A stretch of DNA of 64,000 nt. Source: Monocercomonoides exilis PA203 (lineage: Eukaryota; Protista; Preaxostyla). The stretch is taken from NCBI GenBank assembly GCA_001643675.2, contig LSRY02000015.1, positions 434,001 through 498,000 on the forward strand, given 5' to 3'. The notes beneath the pieces were generated by a model. That model did not search any database. It had not been told where the DNA came from and saw only the letters and a program-made list of their open reading frames with translations. Below are positions 1 to 15,967 of the stretch, piece by piece. Position numbers and translations under genes: made by a program. Position 1 is the stretch's first letter; every line of letters begins with the position of its first letter.

Positions 1-3000
1 CTCCGCCAAAGTCTTCCCATTCGTTTGTGGTCATTCCAAGGCGCAAGAATCGAGGTGGAATGTTAAGCCGCTTTGCAATTTCTGAGCGGAGCTGGCTGAC
101 TGTCGATGCTGATGTGAGTGTCAATGTGAAATGCTGTTTTTCGGTTGGGAGAACATTTTGAAATGGATATTTTATGTTTTTTAAAGAAAGAGAAGAGGGT
201 TTGATAGACGATGATGAGGAAGAAGAAGAAGAAGAAGATGATGATGATGAAATGTCTTTGGCTGATTCGTATCCTTCGACTGGAAGATCTTTTTCCATCT
301 TATTTTTAAGTTCTTTTTCTTCCATCTCAGTTATTTTTATCAGTTCACTTGTGCGATTATCATAAGACTCGTCAGTTTCTTCAACAACAAGCAAAATTTG
401 CGAATTTGACTGTTTTATGTATCTTTCTCTTTGCGAAGGCGTCAAATAGTCCACATACACCTTCAGCAACGCTGGATCAATCACTTTTTCCTCTTTCCCT
501 TCTTTCCCTTCTTTCCCTTCTTTCCCTTCTTTCCCTTCTTTCCCTTCCTCTTTCTCAGCTGTTTCCAGTTTAACATCTTCATTATTGCTCGCTGTTTTTC
601 GCTTTGATCGTTCTTTAACATCAGCCGAATTCGTTTTGTTTCCTTTGCCTCTTCCCTTCGCTGTTTTATTTTTCTCTTTCTTTTGCATCGCTTGCTTTCC
701 ACCTCCTCCTTTTGCTCCATTTTTCTTTTGTTCTGCCTTGTTCTCTTCTTCGCCTCCACTCTCATCAACATAATAGAACTCCCTGCCATCATTGTCCACA
801 AGCCTGATAACATTTGAATTTGAAGCGTTTTGCTTGTCTTTCTTCTTCTTTGCTGTCACATTCTTCTTTCCCTTCCCTGTGTCTTTCTTTCCCTTCGGCC
901 TTCCTTTCTTCCCTTTCTTCTTTTCTGTATATTCCTCCGATTCTGATAGGTTATACTCTCCATCATCATCATCACCTCCTCCATTCTCCTCGCTCTCTGC
1001 TTCCATTTCGCCTGCAATGTCAATCACCTCATTCTCGTCAATGTCGTGCTGCGTGTGCTTCTCAATGTGCAGCGATACTCCATCGCCCAGAAAGTCCACA
1101 AGCGTGCTGATTGGCGCATCATCCACAAAACACACAAACATCCGCCCATTCGATTGCCCTGCTTTTGATGACAAGAAAGTGGAATTCCCCGCATTTCGGT
1201 CTCTTTTCCTCAAAGACCGGTCCAGCTGATCGTCAAAGGCCTTCGACGGCTTCTGAGTCTTCAGCAGAAACGGCTCAGCTCCAAAAACGGGGTAATCAAC
1301 AAGAAGAGAATCATCTTCAATTGCAGCAGACGCCATCAGGTTGAAGTTGCGAATTTGGGCTGGTGGATATGCAAAGTCCATTGGCAAAGATGAAATAGAT
1401 GCAATTTCAGTTATATCTTCATCTCCATTCGATTTGGACTCTTCATTGTTTGATTTTTGTTCATCTTGCTTTTCTTCTTTCGCTTCATCATTCGTATTTT
1501 GTGTATCCTTGTTAGCAGGAATATCCTCAATCATTTTGCCTCCCTGTTCTTTCTGTTGCAATGGCTGCATTTTCTCTCTGTTAAACGCCAGCTGTCTGTG
1601 AAACAGCTGGAACAGCGCATGTTTCACTTGCCCGACAGTCGCTTCTGCATTTTTGTTCACATAAAAATACCCCAAATCGACAATGTTGTGCTCTTCGTCA
1701 TCCCAAAAGGAGAATCGAATAATGAAGCACTGACTCACAACACTTGCATCAACCCATCGAGAGAAGAAAGGAACTTCAAATAAATCATTACCAGACCCAG
1801 AAATACTTGCAGATGAAGAGCTTCGAAGCTTAATTTTCTTTTCTTCCCCTTCCCCTTCTTCTTCTTCTTCTTCTTCTTTGTTTTTTATAGCAAGCGCATA
1901 AAACGGTTGAATAATCGATTTTTTCGGTTGAGTTCTCTTTGTCTGGTCTTTAATATCATTTTCTATTCCTTCCGTCTCTTTCCCATCAACCAATTCATCA
2001 TCACCATTCTCCTTCTTTTCGCATCCTGGTCTGTCTTCACCAACAGTCAACCGAATAAACCTTTCAGCTGTGCAAATCTGCTCTTCTTCTTCCAACTTCT
2101 CCTCCAAAAACACAATCGGGTGCTTTTTGTCTAGCACACTCCAAATCGTCTGGCTCATCTCGTCTTCGGTGAATCTCCCATCCGGCTGCAGTTTTGAGAG
2201 CAGCTCGTCTGTCTGCCTCGACCCAATCGAAGGGAAAGAAGAGGAATGCGAGGCAACAAGGAAGATTCGGCGAAGATAAAAGGGAGGGAGAAGCAATGAA
2301 GATGATGACATTTCTGATGTGTTTGAAGAGCCTGCTGAAGATGCTGAAGATGGTAAAGACAGTTCAGAAGCTTTGTCTTTTTCCAAAGTTGTGGATGTTT
2401 GCAGATCATTTGATGTTTTTGAAGAAATGTCATTGATTGAATTTGGAGAAGAAGAATCAGAATCAGTTGAGTGTGCTGCAGTTGTTTCAGACTGTTCAAC
2501 AGCATTGCCATCTTTTTTCTCATCTTCTTCCATTTTCCCATTCAAATCAGATGTTTCAGTATCCTTCACAATCTGATGCTCCGCCTGCTTTTCTAGCGAA
2601 GGCGAAAGCCAGCCAAGCGATGCCTCGTCATCGTCTCTAAATGGATCTTCATCATTTGCCTCTCTCTCTTTCTCTCTCTCCTTCATTCTTTTCTCTTCCA
2701 TTTCTTCTTTCATTTTCTGTGCAATCATCTCCTTCAGTGCAGACAGCTTCGTTTCCCTCTCCAAAGCAAAGTGGAATATCTGCCTTCCCGTCTTGCCCCG
2801 CAGCACATACACACTCATTAAAGCATTGATCTTCGCTTTCTCTGCGTCTTCTTTGTCTTTCAGGCTCTTTTCGAGTGAAAGGAACGAGAAAATCGACTGC
2901 GGAATGAGAGAAGCAGGAATGGATGGGCAGAAATAAGGATACACACGAAGCAGCTGCGGGCGGGAGATGCATTCGTATGGCAGTGCAGATGGAGGGAAAA

Positions 3001-6000
3001 GGGAAGAAGAGGAAGTCGAGGGAATGCTAATCAAGGAATCTGGGTGTTGTGCGTGATGTGGTTCAGAAATAGAAGAAACAGAAGAAATGGAGGAAGAAGA
3101 AGTTGTGGAAGTTGATGAGGAAGAAGGTGACGAAGAAGGAATAGAAAAACTTACTGCATCATTTTCTATTTTGTTAATTTCACTTTCTGGTGCATCGATT
3201 GTTGATAACAACAGAGCTGTTTGGAGATCGCTGTCCATTTCATCTGCCTCTGCATTTGCTGCTTGCTTTGATCTCCCTTTTGAAGAAGCTTGTAGCATCA
3301 GCTTCGGCTTCTGTTTATTCCTCCTTTTTGGAATGTCATCTGAAGATTCATCAAACGCACCTGAATTTATCAGGATGTTTATTTCGTCACTGTCATCTGA
3401 ACACACAAAGTTGTCTTCATAATAGTTTTCTTCTTTTCTTCTCCTCCCTCTTCTCCCCTTCTTTTTCCCCTTTCCTGTGTCTGCCTTCCTCTTCAGCTTC
3501 TTGTTTGAACCATACGGCGCATCGTCTTTGTCAAACAGGCTCTCATTCTCAACAATGTCTTCAATGCCCTCCACATCCTCCTCTTCCACATTGCACACAT
3601 CAGCCCCATAAAATGCATCACCACCTGTTTTATATCCCTCCTCTTGTTCTCTTTTCCTCAGCCCCCATTTTTTCGTGCCCACATATTCATTCTCAATGAC
3701 TGTCACATCGTCATCTCCACGCCTTCTTGCTCTTCTTCTCGCCACGCTGTCCACAACTCCGTTTTCCAGTTCTTGTTGCGCTCTGCACAACGCCTCGTCG
3801 TTCCTCTCCTGCTCTTCCTTCAGCTTCGCCATCATCCTCCTCATCCTCCTCTGCTCCCTCTCATCAACCTCATCTGCCTTTCCTGTTTCTGCTTTGCTTC
3901 CACCTGCTCCTTCTTCTTCTTTCTTCCCTTCTCCTTTCTTCTCTCCATTCACCTCCACCTCCCCTTCGTTGTCTGAGAACACATACAATTCGTCTCCTTC
4001 ACTCGTGTCCAGACGCGACTGAGACAAAGCTGCTACGCTCCTTCGGAACTCCAATGGAAGAATGCGTGTGGTGTAGATAGGCAGAATTGGGAAGGGCGGC
4101 TTTGTGGCTGAGGGAGGAATCGTATTTTGTACTTCTTTCTTCTTCTTGTTTTTGCTTTTGTTCCCCTTTTTCTTTGAAGAAGCTGCGTTTGCTTCATTTT
4201 CATTGCCGTTCTCGTTTCTTTTCTCTTCTCTTTCTCTTTCCAGCTCTGCCTCTTCGCTCTCCATCATCTGTGCCCATTCGCCCAGCTGCCTCAGACTCTC
4301 CTCGCTCGCCTCAACAAGCTCTGTGCGGCAGCGTCTATACAACAATCTGTAAGCAGAAGTGATCGGCGCTTGAAATATGCCTCCCAACGCATTCTTCCCT
4401 TTCTTCACTGTGAAAAGCCCTCCGCTGTCCTGCACTTTCTTCTTTCTTTTCCCTTCTCCCGTTGAATTTCCACTGTTATTTGCACCACTTGCACCAGAAC
4501 CTTCTGATCCGCCTGTTTTTCCCCCATCTCCCTTCTTCTTCTCTACTGTTCCATAGTTCTTCCCTGTGACTTCTGTCTCATTGGTGATCTTAGTCACTTG
4601 CGTATCGTTGAATTTGAACCAGCTCTGCGTCGCGAAGTTCTTAATGAACACAAAATAATGCCCTGACTGCACAAACCCGCTGTGAACAAGCACAGCAAAA
4701 AGCTCGTAAACAACTGGTGTGTGTGGAGGAGTGAAGTGGGTTGAATCTGTTAAAGAAGAAGATGAAGAAGAGGAAGAAAAAGGTGAAGTGTTATTTTGGA
4801 TAGTCTTTGATGGATATGGAGACAAACACACAAAAGAAGGAGCTTTTACTTTCTTCACATGCTGGTCATTTTGCGAGTCATCAACAGATTTGCTGCTTTT
4901 CTCGTCTGTTTCTCTCGCACTTTCGTCTGAGTCGATTGTGAGCTCTTCTCCTTTCATGTTCTGATCCAGCCACATCTCCTTCCACAAATCTTCTGGTTTG
5001 ATATTCTTGTTTGCTTCTTTTGAAGAGTTGCTTTCATTGAAATGACTGTCTTTAACTTTTTCTTCTCCTTTTTCTCCTTTTCCCTCTTTTTCTTCAACTC
5101 CGTCTTCTTCCATTTTCCCTTCCTCTTCCTCTTTCTTTTTCTTTTTCTCTTCTTCTTCCTGCTGCTGCTTCATCAATTCTCTTTCTCTCTCTTCCTCCAT
5201 CTCAATCTGTTTGTTGATGCTCTCATCTGTCATATACTTGTCAAATTGACAGAATAGCGGAAATGCCACCGAGTCATTCAACTTGACAGGGTTTCCCTCA
5301 AAATCCGATGTGTATCTCATCAGCTGTATTGAAATGACTGGCGGAAGACTCTTCAGCAGCGTCTGGCGTGTTGCTGTTTGGCGAGATTGGCAGCTGTCGC
5401 AGAAGTATTTGTTGTCTCCATCTAACACCTCTTTCGATGTCAGCTGCTGAAGCAGATCGTCCAGCGTGAGCATTTCTTTGTCTTTGCCTTGTGATGAAGT
5501 GGAGCTGTCTGAAGAAGAAGAAGAAGAAGAAGAGTTTTGATAAGCCCCAAATATTTCTGCTCCAAAATGAGACATGGGCATAGCAAGATTCAGATCATAA
5601 AAGGGATCAATTCTTCGTGAGCAGTGATGGCAGTTTTGACACTCAATAATCTGCACTGATTCGCCTTGATACAGCATTGATATTGTTGTGTCCCTTTCGG
5701 AAATAGCACTTTTATTTGTTTTGGCATTTGAATCTTCATTTGAAACACTCAATTCAAGTAGCTTCTTTTTCTCATCCATTTCCTTCATTAATAAATTATC
5801 GCAAAGCAATCGATTCAATTCTCCGACGTCGTGCTGATCAAATTGTACTTCTTCTCCCCAACCAAAACTCGTTGTTAAAGGAATTGTTGAATAGTATTTC
5901 GGTGATGAAATAACAGTTTCTGGCCAAGGAGAAAATTTAGCTCTTAATGCTTCTGTCGAGTATTTTTGAAGTCTAGCGAACAAAAGTTGTAGGTTAAAAA

Positions 6001-6399
6001 TAAGGTTTTTTTTCAAAGAAGCAGGCAGGACGCTAGAAAGATTTGAAGATGTAATTGGAACGTGCAATTCGGGAGATGCATTTTCTGAATTTTTCTCATT
6101 TTCTGAAGGCAAAATTTTATCATTTGGATCACTAAAAATAAGTTTTGAAAGGTTTTGAATTTCTGATTCATCAACAAGAGTTTTAAATGAAAAAACTAAG
6201 CTTCGAAATTCAGGTGTCATAAACCTTGAAAATAATAAAACAGATAAATAGAATAAATTCAATTAAAAATCTTGACAAACAAGCATTGAATCAAGCTGTT
6301 CAAATAACAAGTGGCACCATGATTCATTAATCCTGCAAATTGTTGATGTTCTGTTTGCTTCTTTCGAGGTTGGTCGAAAGCATAATCAATCGCGTACAT
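1..6399 (-). CDS. Ubiquitin-specific protease (C19, USP40/USP47-like) with very long low-complexity insertions; 3'-partial (runs off window start)
   Basis: Manual translation: ATG 6399 MYAIDYAFDQ...GLMNHGATCYLNSLIQCL (Cys box); GT-AG intron 6225-6280; then FMTPEFR, SFGW...QHDVGELNRLL, His box YELFAVLVHSGFVQSGHY...WFKFND (~4610-4710) and SAYRLLYRR. Spot checks keep one frame to the window edge; it is probably missing from the ORF track because there is no stop in the window. Confidence 0.9.
492..546. repeat. 9-bp tandem repeat (CTTTCCCTT)n, encoding (G-K-E)n in the USP frame
   Basis: Directly visible, about 6 units. Confidence 0.85.
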
Positions 6400-6691
6400 T
6401 TTTTATGAGTCAAATACCAATTAATGACTCTTAGTTGTTGCAGCTTCTATCAGAAAAGCTCTTTTTTGATCTTCAAGTTATTGGATATCTATTAAGGTTT
6501 GTTCACTTAGTTCCTTGTTTGTTTCGACTATTTAAACAGTGCTCTCGCATTTATTCGGAGAAAACTGTATTAGTAATTTGTATTTTTCTGAATAAAAAAA
6601 TAAAGAAATAAATACTATTTTGCTCTGATACAGTTTTTTCAGAAATAGAAATATGTGATAATAATGAAAAAAAGAATTATTACAAATAATG

Positions 6692-9600
6692 TCAAGTAAT
6701 AGCTTGACCAAAACGACGTTTTGGCACTCCATGCAACGTCTTCAAACCGACTTGTGAAGAAGTTCTTTGCAACTTTTTAGTTGCAACCTGCTGACTCCAC
6801 TGATTTTCGTTCCTTTTCCTCTCATTAATCCTTTTCCGAATGGTATCAACAATCGCCTGTATGTGGAACGAGCGTGTGAGCCACGGCCGCACATCTCTCT
6901 CCTGAGCCAGGAACCGCAGAAATCCCAGCGACTCGATCAGCTCATTGTCATCCTGCTCTCCAAAAAACGACTTTATCACAAACCCGTTTTCGATCTGAAG
7001 CACAAACGCCTGTGGTGAGTTGTCCATCATAATCACCCGGCTGAGGTCTCTGTTCAGCACACGCAGGTCTTTGATGAAGTTGCCGCTGCAGCAGAAGCAC
7101 GCATCGCGGTACAGGCGGTGGTGGATGCGGTGCTTGCCTTGCTCGATGATGTCGAGAAGGGCTGAGGCATATTCCGTCTTGGAGGCGGTGAAGACAATCT
7201 GATTAGACAATGAAAATGAGGATGAGGAGACGAATAAGAAGAAGAAAATTCAGAAAGAAAGAAAGAGATTGAGAGAAAATGAAAAAAAAAAAAAAAAGAG
7301 AGAGAGAGAGAGAAAGAGAAAGAGAGAGAAGTAACAATAAATAACATGTCAATTATTAATCATCATCATACCACTTCATACATCTCCGACACCTCATCCA
7401 GAAACTGCATCAGCCCTGGCCGGAACATCGCGTCAATCAAAAACTGCACTTTGTCTATTGTCACAGAGAACGACGCATCGAACTTCCTTCTGCTTCTCTT
7501 TACTGCCCTGTCGGCTGTTGTGTACTCACAATGCACCAGCGTCTCGTCCAAGTCCAGCACAAGATAGTTTCTGTTCTGCCTTTTAACCACATCCGACGGC
7601 GGAGGTAGGCGCGGCTGCGGGGCAGGGACCATGCTGACATCAGGAAACAGCGCCATTGAGAAGTAGTCGTTGCTCTCGTGCTCTTGCAGCTCAGGAATGG
7701 TCGGGTCGCTTAAATCAGGCATCGGTGGGAACTCGATGTGGAAGTCGTTCCGTGTCACTTCCAATGAATCGAACTCGTCGCTGAAGAGAGGAGTGGAAGA
7801 AGAAGATGATGATGATGATGATGATGAGGCAGAGGCAGATGTTTGTGATGTGAGTGAAGTGGCAGACTTGTCAAATGACAGAGAAGACGCAGAAACAGCA
7901 GGAGAAGCTGGCGGCTGCACCGAAATCGACGGAGCGGCGATCGACGGCGAGTTCACGCTGGACACGACAACTGGGCTCGGAATGCGGGGCACAGGGGAAG
8001 ACGCACGCGACTGCGAAACTTGAGTGATAAAGGAGCTGGGCGACGGCTGGCGGCGCTGCAGAACGGAAGCGTAGTTGCCATTGGTGTTCTCGGCATGTGC
8101 GGTTGATTGAGATGATTGAGATGATTGAGACACTTGCTGCTGCTGCTGTTGTTGTTGCATCTTGCCCTTTGGAAACAGCTTGCTGAAGAGCGATTTTTTC
8201 ATCGTGGTGAATCCGCCTGCTGAAGATGTGTTTGAAGGTGAGAGAGGAGGAGAAAGAACAGAAGATACAGAACTGCTCCGTGTTTGCCTCTGAGGCGTTG
8301 AAACTGCTGCTGCTGCTGCTGATGCAGCAGATGTTGCTGAATTCTGAAGCAAAGATGCCTGTTTTTGTGCATCGACTGCGCTGGATGAGAAAGTGTTTGG
8401 AACAACAGAAGAAGAAGATACCATTGTTTTGTTTTGATTATCCGTTTGTTGCTGTACATTGGAATTTTCTTGAGCAAACGCTTCATCCATCGCACTGCCT
8501 TCTCCTTCGATGTCTTCAATGTCCTCTTCCTCGTCAAATGTGAGCAGCTTGTCGTAGTACTCAAACTGTTTTTCCTCCGAAAGCGCATCCAAATCCTGTT
8601 TAATCAGCGGCACTTTCTTCTTCCTCTGTGGCTGGCTCTGTTGCTGCTGTTGCTGTTGCATCGTCTGCTTCTCAACAGCAGGCACCTCATCTGCCATTGC
8701 ACAGAATGTGGCGCTCTCTTCATCAACAGACAACCGCACAACAGACGGTCTCTTCACCAGCGGCAGTGGCAGAGGCAGAGAAGGAGAAGAAGGAGAAGGA
8801 AGTGAAGGAGAAGCTGGCTCAGACGAAGGCGGTGTGACTGTTGGCAGCTTCGCAGTCTCCTGAGACGAGCGGACGGGGGAGCGGGACGAAGAAGAGCGGC
8901 GAGAGCGCGAGCGACGTGACTTGGGAGATTTTTTGGCTTTTGTCTTTTGCGATTCATTTTGAGTGAAAGGTGGAGGTGACAGTGGAGGTGAAAGAGGTGG
9001 AGAGGATGTTGCTTCGGTTGCTTCGTAAGGAGAGAGAAGAGGAGATAGTACGAGATCTGAACTGCCCGGCTCTTCATCTGAGTACAGCTCGTCCAAACTT
9101 CCGTTAAATTCATCTGGAAGAATAGTTTCTTCAAGGCAGGTTTCTGCCAAAGAGAGGTCTTTTTCCCCTTTAATCGATTTCCGTTTGGCTTCATTACCAT
9201 ATTCTTTGACTTCGTGACTCGAAACAGGTGAAGCCATGTCTTCTTCATCGCTTTTGGATGCAGTTTTCTTTTTTCTTGATCCTGTCTTTTTGCGCTTTGG
9301 CGACGTTTTTGCGCTTGTTGTTATTGCTGGAATTTCTTCATTTGAATCTGGTTGAAGATTTTGTTGAAATGAAGATGGTGAAAATAACCGCTGTGGATTG
9401 AATACTGTCGTATGAACCATGGATGCTGTTTGTTTTTTATCTGTGCTCTTTTTATTTTCAAAGTCTTTTGCTAATTCTTTTTCAACAATATCAAGAGGTA
9501 ATGCAGTATCGGCATCTTCATCACCTGTCTCTTCAATATCTTCATGGAGAAGTGCATTTATTGTTTTCTTTGTTCCTAATTGTTCTGTGGGAGTAGCTCG

Positions 9601-9990
9601 AGATTGAACAAGTTTACTTGTATTTTTTGAATTTTTTGCTCTTGAACGTTTTGTTGAAGCTTTTTGCTTTCTTCCTTTCGTTTTCTTCAATAAAGGTGTA
9701 ACAGAAGGTTGTGGGTAAGACATGATATTAAGTTCAGTCAGCCCGTACTTTTCATATGCAGGATGAGGAAAATATCTTTTGTCCTTCCATTCGCCATCTG
9801 TTTTTGCCTGTGCGCCTGTTTCTGTTGATGCATTGTCTTTATTTGATAATGATGCAAAATCTCGAATTGGAGTAAAATAGTTTGTAATTTTTGGAATATG
9901 GAAAGACGGAGACAAAGGCGAGCTTTCATCACGCTTTTCAAGCTGTTTTCGAGGAGCGCGCACTCGCTTTGTCTTTTTCTTTACTTCCAT
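6692..9990 (-). CDS. SCP/CTDSPL-type (NIF/FCP1-family HAD) phosphatase with long disordered N-terminus
   Basis: LVLDLDETLVH and RPGL..FL in ORF 7366-9990; intron 7199-7371 joins YEV|IVFTAS; second exon has YRDAC, FIKDLRVLNRDLSRVIMMDNSP and DNEL. Confidence 0.92.
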
Positions 9991-10234
9991 AGCAAATAAA
10001 AAGGATTTATCTTTGCACCGTCGTGCAAATGCGAAATGAAAATATAAATGTGATCAGATGCCCATCTTTATTTACATCATTTCCAATGACAGAAGATGTT
10101 TCAAATATTTGATAGAATTCTTTTCATTAAAGTTAACGTTTGATAAAATTCAATAAAAATAATTGGAAATTTTTTTGATTAAATCTTCCTTTATGTGAAA
10201 TGGGATTATTTGAAATGGTGAAATTTTTAAATTA

Positions 10235-12189
<1,955 letters not shown>

Positions 12190-12491
12190 ATTAAAAGAAA
12201 ATAAGTGAAATGTTTTTTCTGCTTCACCCTTAACATGATTAAAAAAATAAAAAGATCAAAACACAGCATTTACATCTTGTAATCGATAAATATCAACGCT
12301 ATTAATGATCACATTAACATCTAACATTGAGCTCTTATGAAATTTTGGAATTTGGCCCGAATAAGAGATCCAATCTTTGAGAAAATGACTTTTCATCTTA
12401 TAAAACTATTAGTTGAATGATCATTTCTTTTCCCTTCGTTTTCTAATAGAAGAACTTTTTCTTGAGGGCGACTGATGTTCATCTTTTTGAG

Positions 12492-15400
12492 CTAGCCTTT
12501 GCCTTTCCAGCCTTTCTTCCCGTTTTTTCGCAGCCACATCAACTTCATGAATGCGTTGTTCAAGTAATTGTCTACTTTTCTTTTCGACTGAATATTTTCA
12601 AAGAATAAAAATTTCATTAAAGCATCAAAGAAAATTGTATAAATGAGCACACTTGTCTGCCTTTCTTGTTCAATGCTAGCTTTGTACATTGCTTTGAGCC
12701 TGTTTGAAACATCTTTGACTGCTTTTGTTCGTTCTGCTTCACTTTCTTCTCTGATATCAGCCTATTTATTTGCAGGGAAAATATTTGACAAAATAATGAA
12801 TAAATGCAACATTGATGTTATATAACGGTTATTCATGCAAATTTATTTGCGATTAAAAAAATTAACAAACAATTATCTGCTGCATTTGTTGCTGATGTTG
12901 CTGCTTTTCTTCTCTCAAAGAACTTTTATGTTGTTCGATCAGCTGCTCCCTCTGCCTGACAAGAGAGGCGCGGGCATCTTCGCTCAACATTGACAGCACC
13001 ATTGATTGCTTTGCGTGGTTGTGCTGCACAAGCCGTTTATATTTTGCTGCTTCTTTTTTAAATTCTGTTGAAAAAAAAGAAATCAAAAATGGAAAAACAA
13101 TGATGAACAAATATGAAGCAGATAAAAAAAATTGCAAAAGCAGACCATAAAGCATCTTTTCGCTTTTATGTTTGTACTTTAATATTTCATCGTTGCATCG
13201 TTGTTCATATCTGGAAATGCATGTGTAATAGTTGTCATATTTTGGATAAGCGAAGAAGAAAAAGATATTATTATGAAGAATTTTGTTAAATAATTTCTTC
13301 AAAAAAACAACAAACCCCGCTTTCAGTTGCTCAATCACCACTTCGTGCTGTGCATTTGCCTCGTCCATTTCCTTTTTAAACGCCTCGACCGATCGATGCG
13401 CATCTTCGTGAATCTTCTTCTGTGCTTCTAGTTGCTTTTCTTCAAGTTCTTTTTCTACAGCAATTCTTGTTGAATCGGCTATTTCTGCTGCTTGACGCTT
13501 CATTTCCAGAGAATGTTCTTCAGTCTTTTCAGAAAAAGATATTTTATTTGTTGAAATTAATTAATAAATTAATAATTAAAAGTAAAGTCGAAATGAAGAG
13601 TGTTAAAAAATTTAAAGTTTTAAAAAAACAAACCATTTTTGATATTTTCTGTTTGAGTGAGTCGATTTCAATCAAAAACTTCTCATTTGAATGTCGCATC
13701 TCCATCAGATCAATTTCAAGCTGCTTCTTCTCCGCCTGCTGCGAAGGTGTCAGGGAATTTCTTCTCGTTCGCTCCATCCATGATTCTGTTGCTTTTTTCT
13801 GTTCCTCTTCAATCTTTTGTTTTCTCTTCTCTTCGTCAATTTGCTGTTTCAGATGCTCCACTTCAAACAAGCTTTTCTCCAATTGTGATTGCTTTTGCCG
13901 CAATTCCAGTTTGTGTTGCTCGGAAAGCTCATTTTGTTGTTTCTGATTTATCATTATAAATGCAAAAGGATAAAAAATCATTGTTATAAACAATTAAATA
14001 ATAATAAATTTTTAAAATAAGAATTTTCAAAAGAAAAATCTGTGCTTCAAGAAATGACTTTGCATCATAAAGTTCTTGAAGCAGCTTCTAATTGAAATTT
14101 TTTATGTTTATAATAAACATACTATCAATTCTGCTTGAGCCTTTCGAGATGTTTCTTCAAGTTCGTTGTGGTGAGCAATCTTCACTGAAAGCAGTTCATC
14201 TTCCAGTTGCTTGATTCTGATTTTACTGTCATCTGCTCTTTTCTTCAAGCGGGCATTGTCCTCGCGAAGAGATGTTATTCGTCTTTCCAGCTGAGCTTTC
14301 TCGTTCCTTTCCTTTGAAAGCTGTATGAAAGACTCTTCGTTTTTCTTCCTTAATTCTTCTTCTCGCTGGTGCTCGTTCATCTCTTCCACTTCTTCCCGAA
14401 TTTTTGCTTCTAATTCTAACCGCCTATCTTCTTCTTCGTCTTCCTGCTTTTTTCGCTCTTCTTTCAGTTCGTCCAACTCTCTAAGAGCTTCATTCAAGTT
14501 GTGGCGCAGTTTTTCGCTTTCTTTCTTCTCGTCATCGAGCATTTTCTTGTATTTTTCAATGTCAGATAATAGCAAATTAGATTTTTTTATTGAGTGTTTC
14601 TTTGGAGAAAAAGATGAATCCGACTTTTTTGTGCGACGTGAGGAAGTTGTGTGCTTTTCTGACAACTGAAGAGAAGATACTGATGCTGGTGTTCCGGTAG
14701 AAGATTCATTAATTTCTGATGATTTGTCTATTTGGGGTGTCAATTCTTTTGAATTGGTTGTGAGCAATGATGGAGAATTAGACTTTTCAGATTTTTCTGA
14801 AGTGATATGCGAAGAAGGAGATGGAGTGATGGAAGAGATTGTAAAAGAAGAGGCTGAGACTGGAGTTGAATATGATTGTTGTGCAGTTGATGGTGTTTGT
14901 GGTGAAAGTGCAATTTGTCGTTCTGGTGAAGAGAAAGAACTTTGATGTGGAAATGGTGATGTGCCTGAGAAAATGAATGAATTTAGAAGGGAATGAGGAG
15001 GTGGGGGAGGTGGAGGTGGGAGAAGCTTAACGGTAGGTGTGATGTGTTCCAGTAAATGTTGTGGAGTGTTTGACTGAGATGTGAAAAAAGAAAATGGAGG
15101 GGAAGTTTTTGTTCTTAATGAAGGTTCAGTCGATGGTGTGGCAGAAAAAATAGGTGTCGAATCAAAATGAAGTGAATGAAGTGTAGGTTGTGTAAGTGTC
15201 AAATCAAGGTGAGAAGATAGAGAAGGAGAATGAGGTGTAATTGAAGGAGTTTCCATTGGTGATATTATTTGTTGTGATGCTAACTCGGAGCTGTGAAGAA
15301 TTCGTTGTGATTGCTTTTTTTCTGGAGTTTTTTGTAAATTTTTCCTTTCTTCTTTTTCTTTTGGAGAGTTATCATCGCTTCTTTTTGGTGATATTTTTTC

Positions 15401-15679
15401 TTTCTTAATTTGTTCAAATGTTTTTTTATAAGCGCCAGAATGATCCTTAAAGCTGACGTCTGTTTCATCAACATGAGATTCATCTAAAAGTAATGTATCG
15501 TCAATAGTTGATTCTGGATCTATCTGACTTTCAGATATATCACTCAATGATGTGTTGAATACTTTCATCTTTTGAAGAGGAGCCATCGTTGTTGTAATTG
15601 GAAACTTTCCTATTCCGAATTGAGAAAATGACAAATTTCCAAATGTGTTGTATGTAGGCTTTGTCAAAATCGCGGACAT
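12492..15679 (-). CDS. Multi-exon coiled-coil protein with Ser/Pro/Thr-rich N-terminus, function unknown
   Basis: Successive minus-strand ORF pieces (14108-15754, 13544-13993, 12862-13503, 12492-12689) rich in E/K/Q heptads and separated by AT-rich intron-like gaps; likely ATG 15679 (MSAILTK). Confidence 0.7.
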
Positions 15680-15967
15680 AGGAAACAACAAATTTTTCTT
15701 TTCAGAATTTGAAATGAATAGAAATTTATTATAAGTATCATGATCGTTAAACAAATTGATTTTTTAAAATTCTTTTCCAAGAACACTTCTTTGACAAATA
15801 ACAAATTCGCATAGTGAGCTTATTAAATATTATTTTTTACGTTACAGAACGATTGTGCACTTTTATGAATTATTGAACATTTTAGAATTGTGTTTTTATT
15901 GAAATCAATTTCTGACTTGTTAAAGTGTTTCGTGAATAACACTTTGGACATCAATTTTCTTTTAATA

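Noticed and set aside
481-813. (KGK)n ORF resembling a histone-like or collagen-like protein
   Set aside because: Alternative frame of the 9-bp repeat inside the USP exon.
174-5913. Many short plus-strand ORFs rich in F/S/L or poly-E/D
   Set aside because: Antisense shadows of the low-complexity USP coding strand; the same applies to ORFs overlapping 7366-9990, 40144-46400 and 52832-54778.
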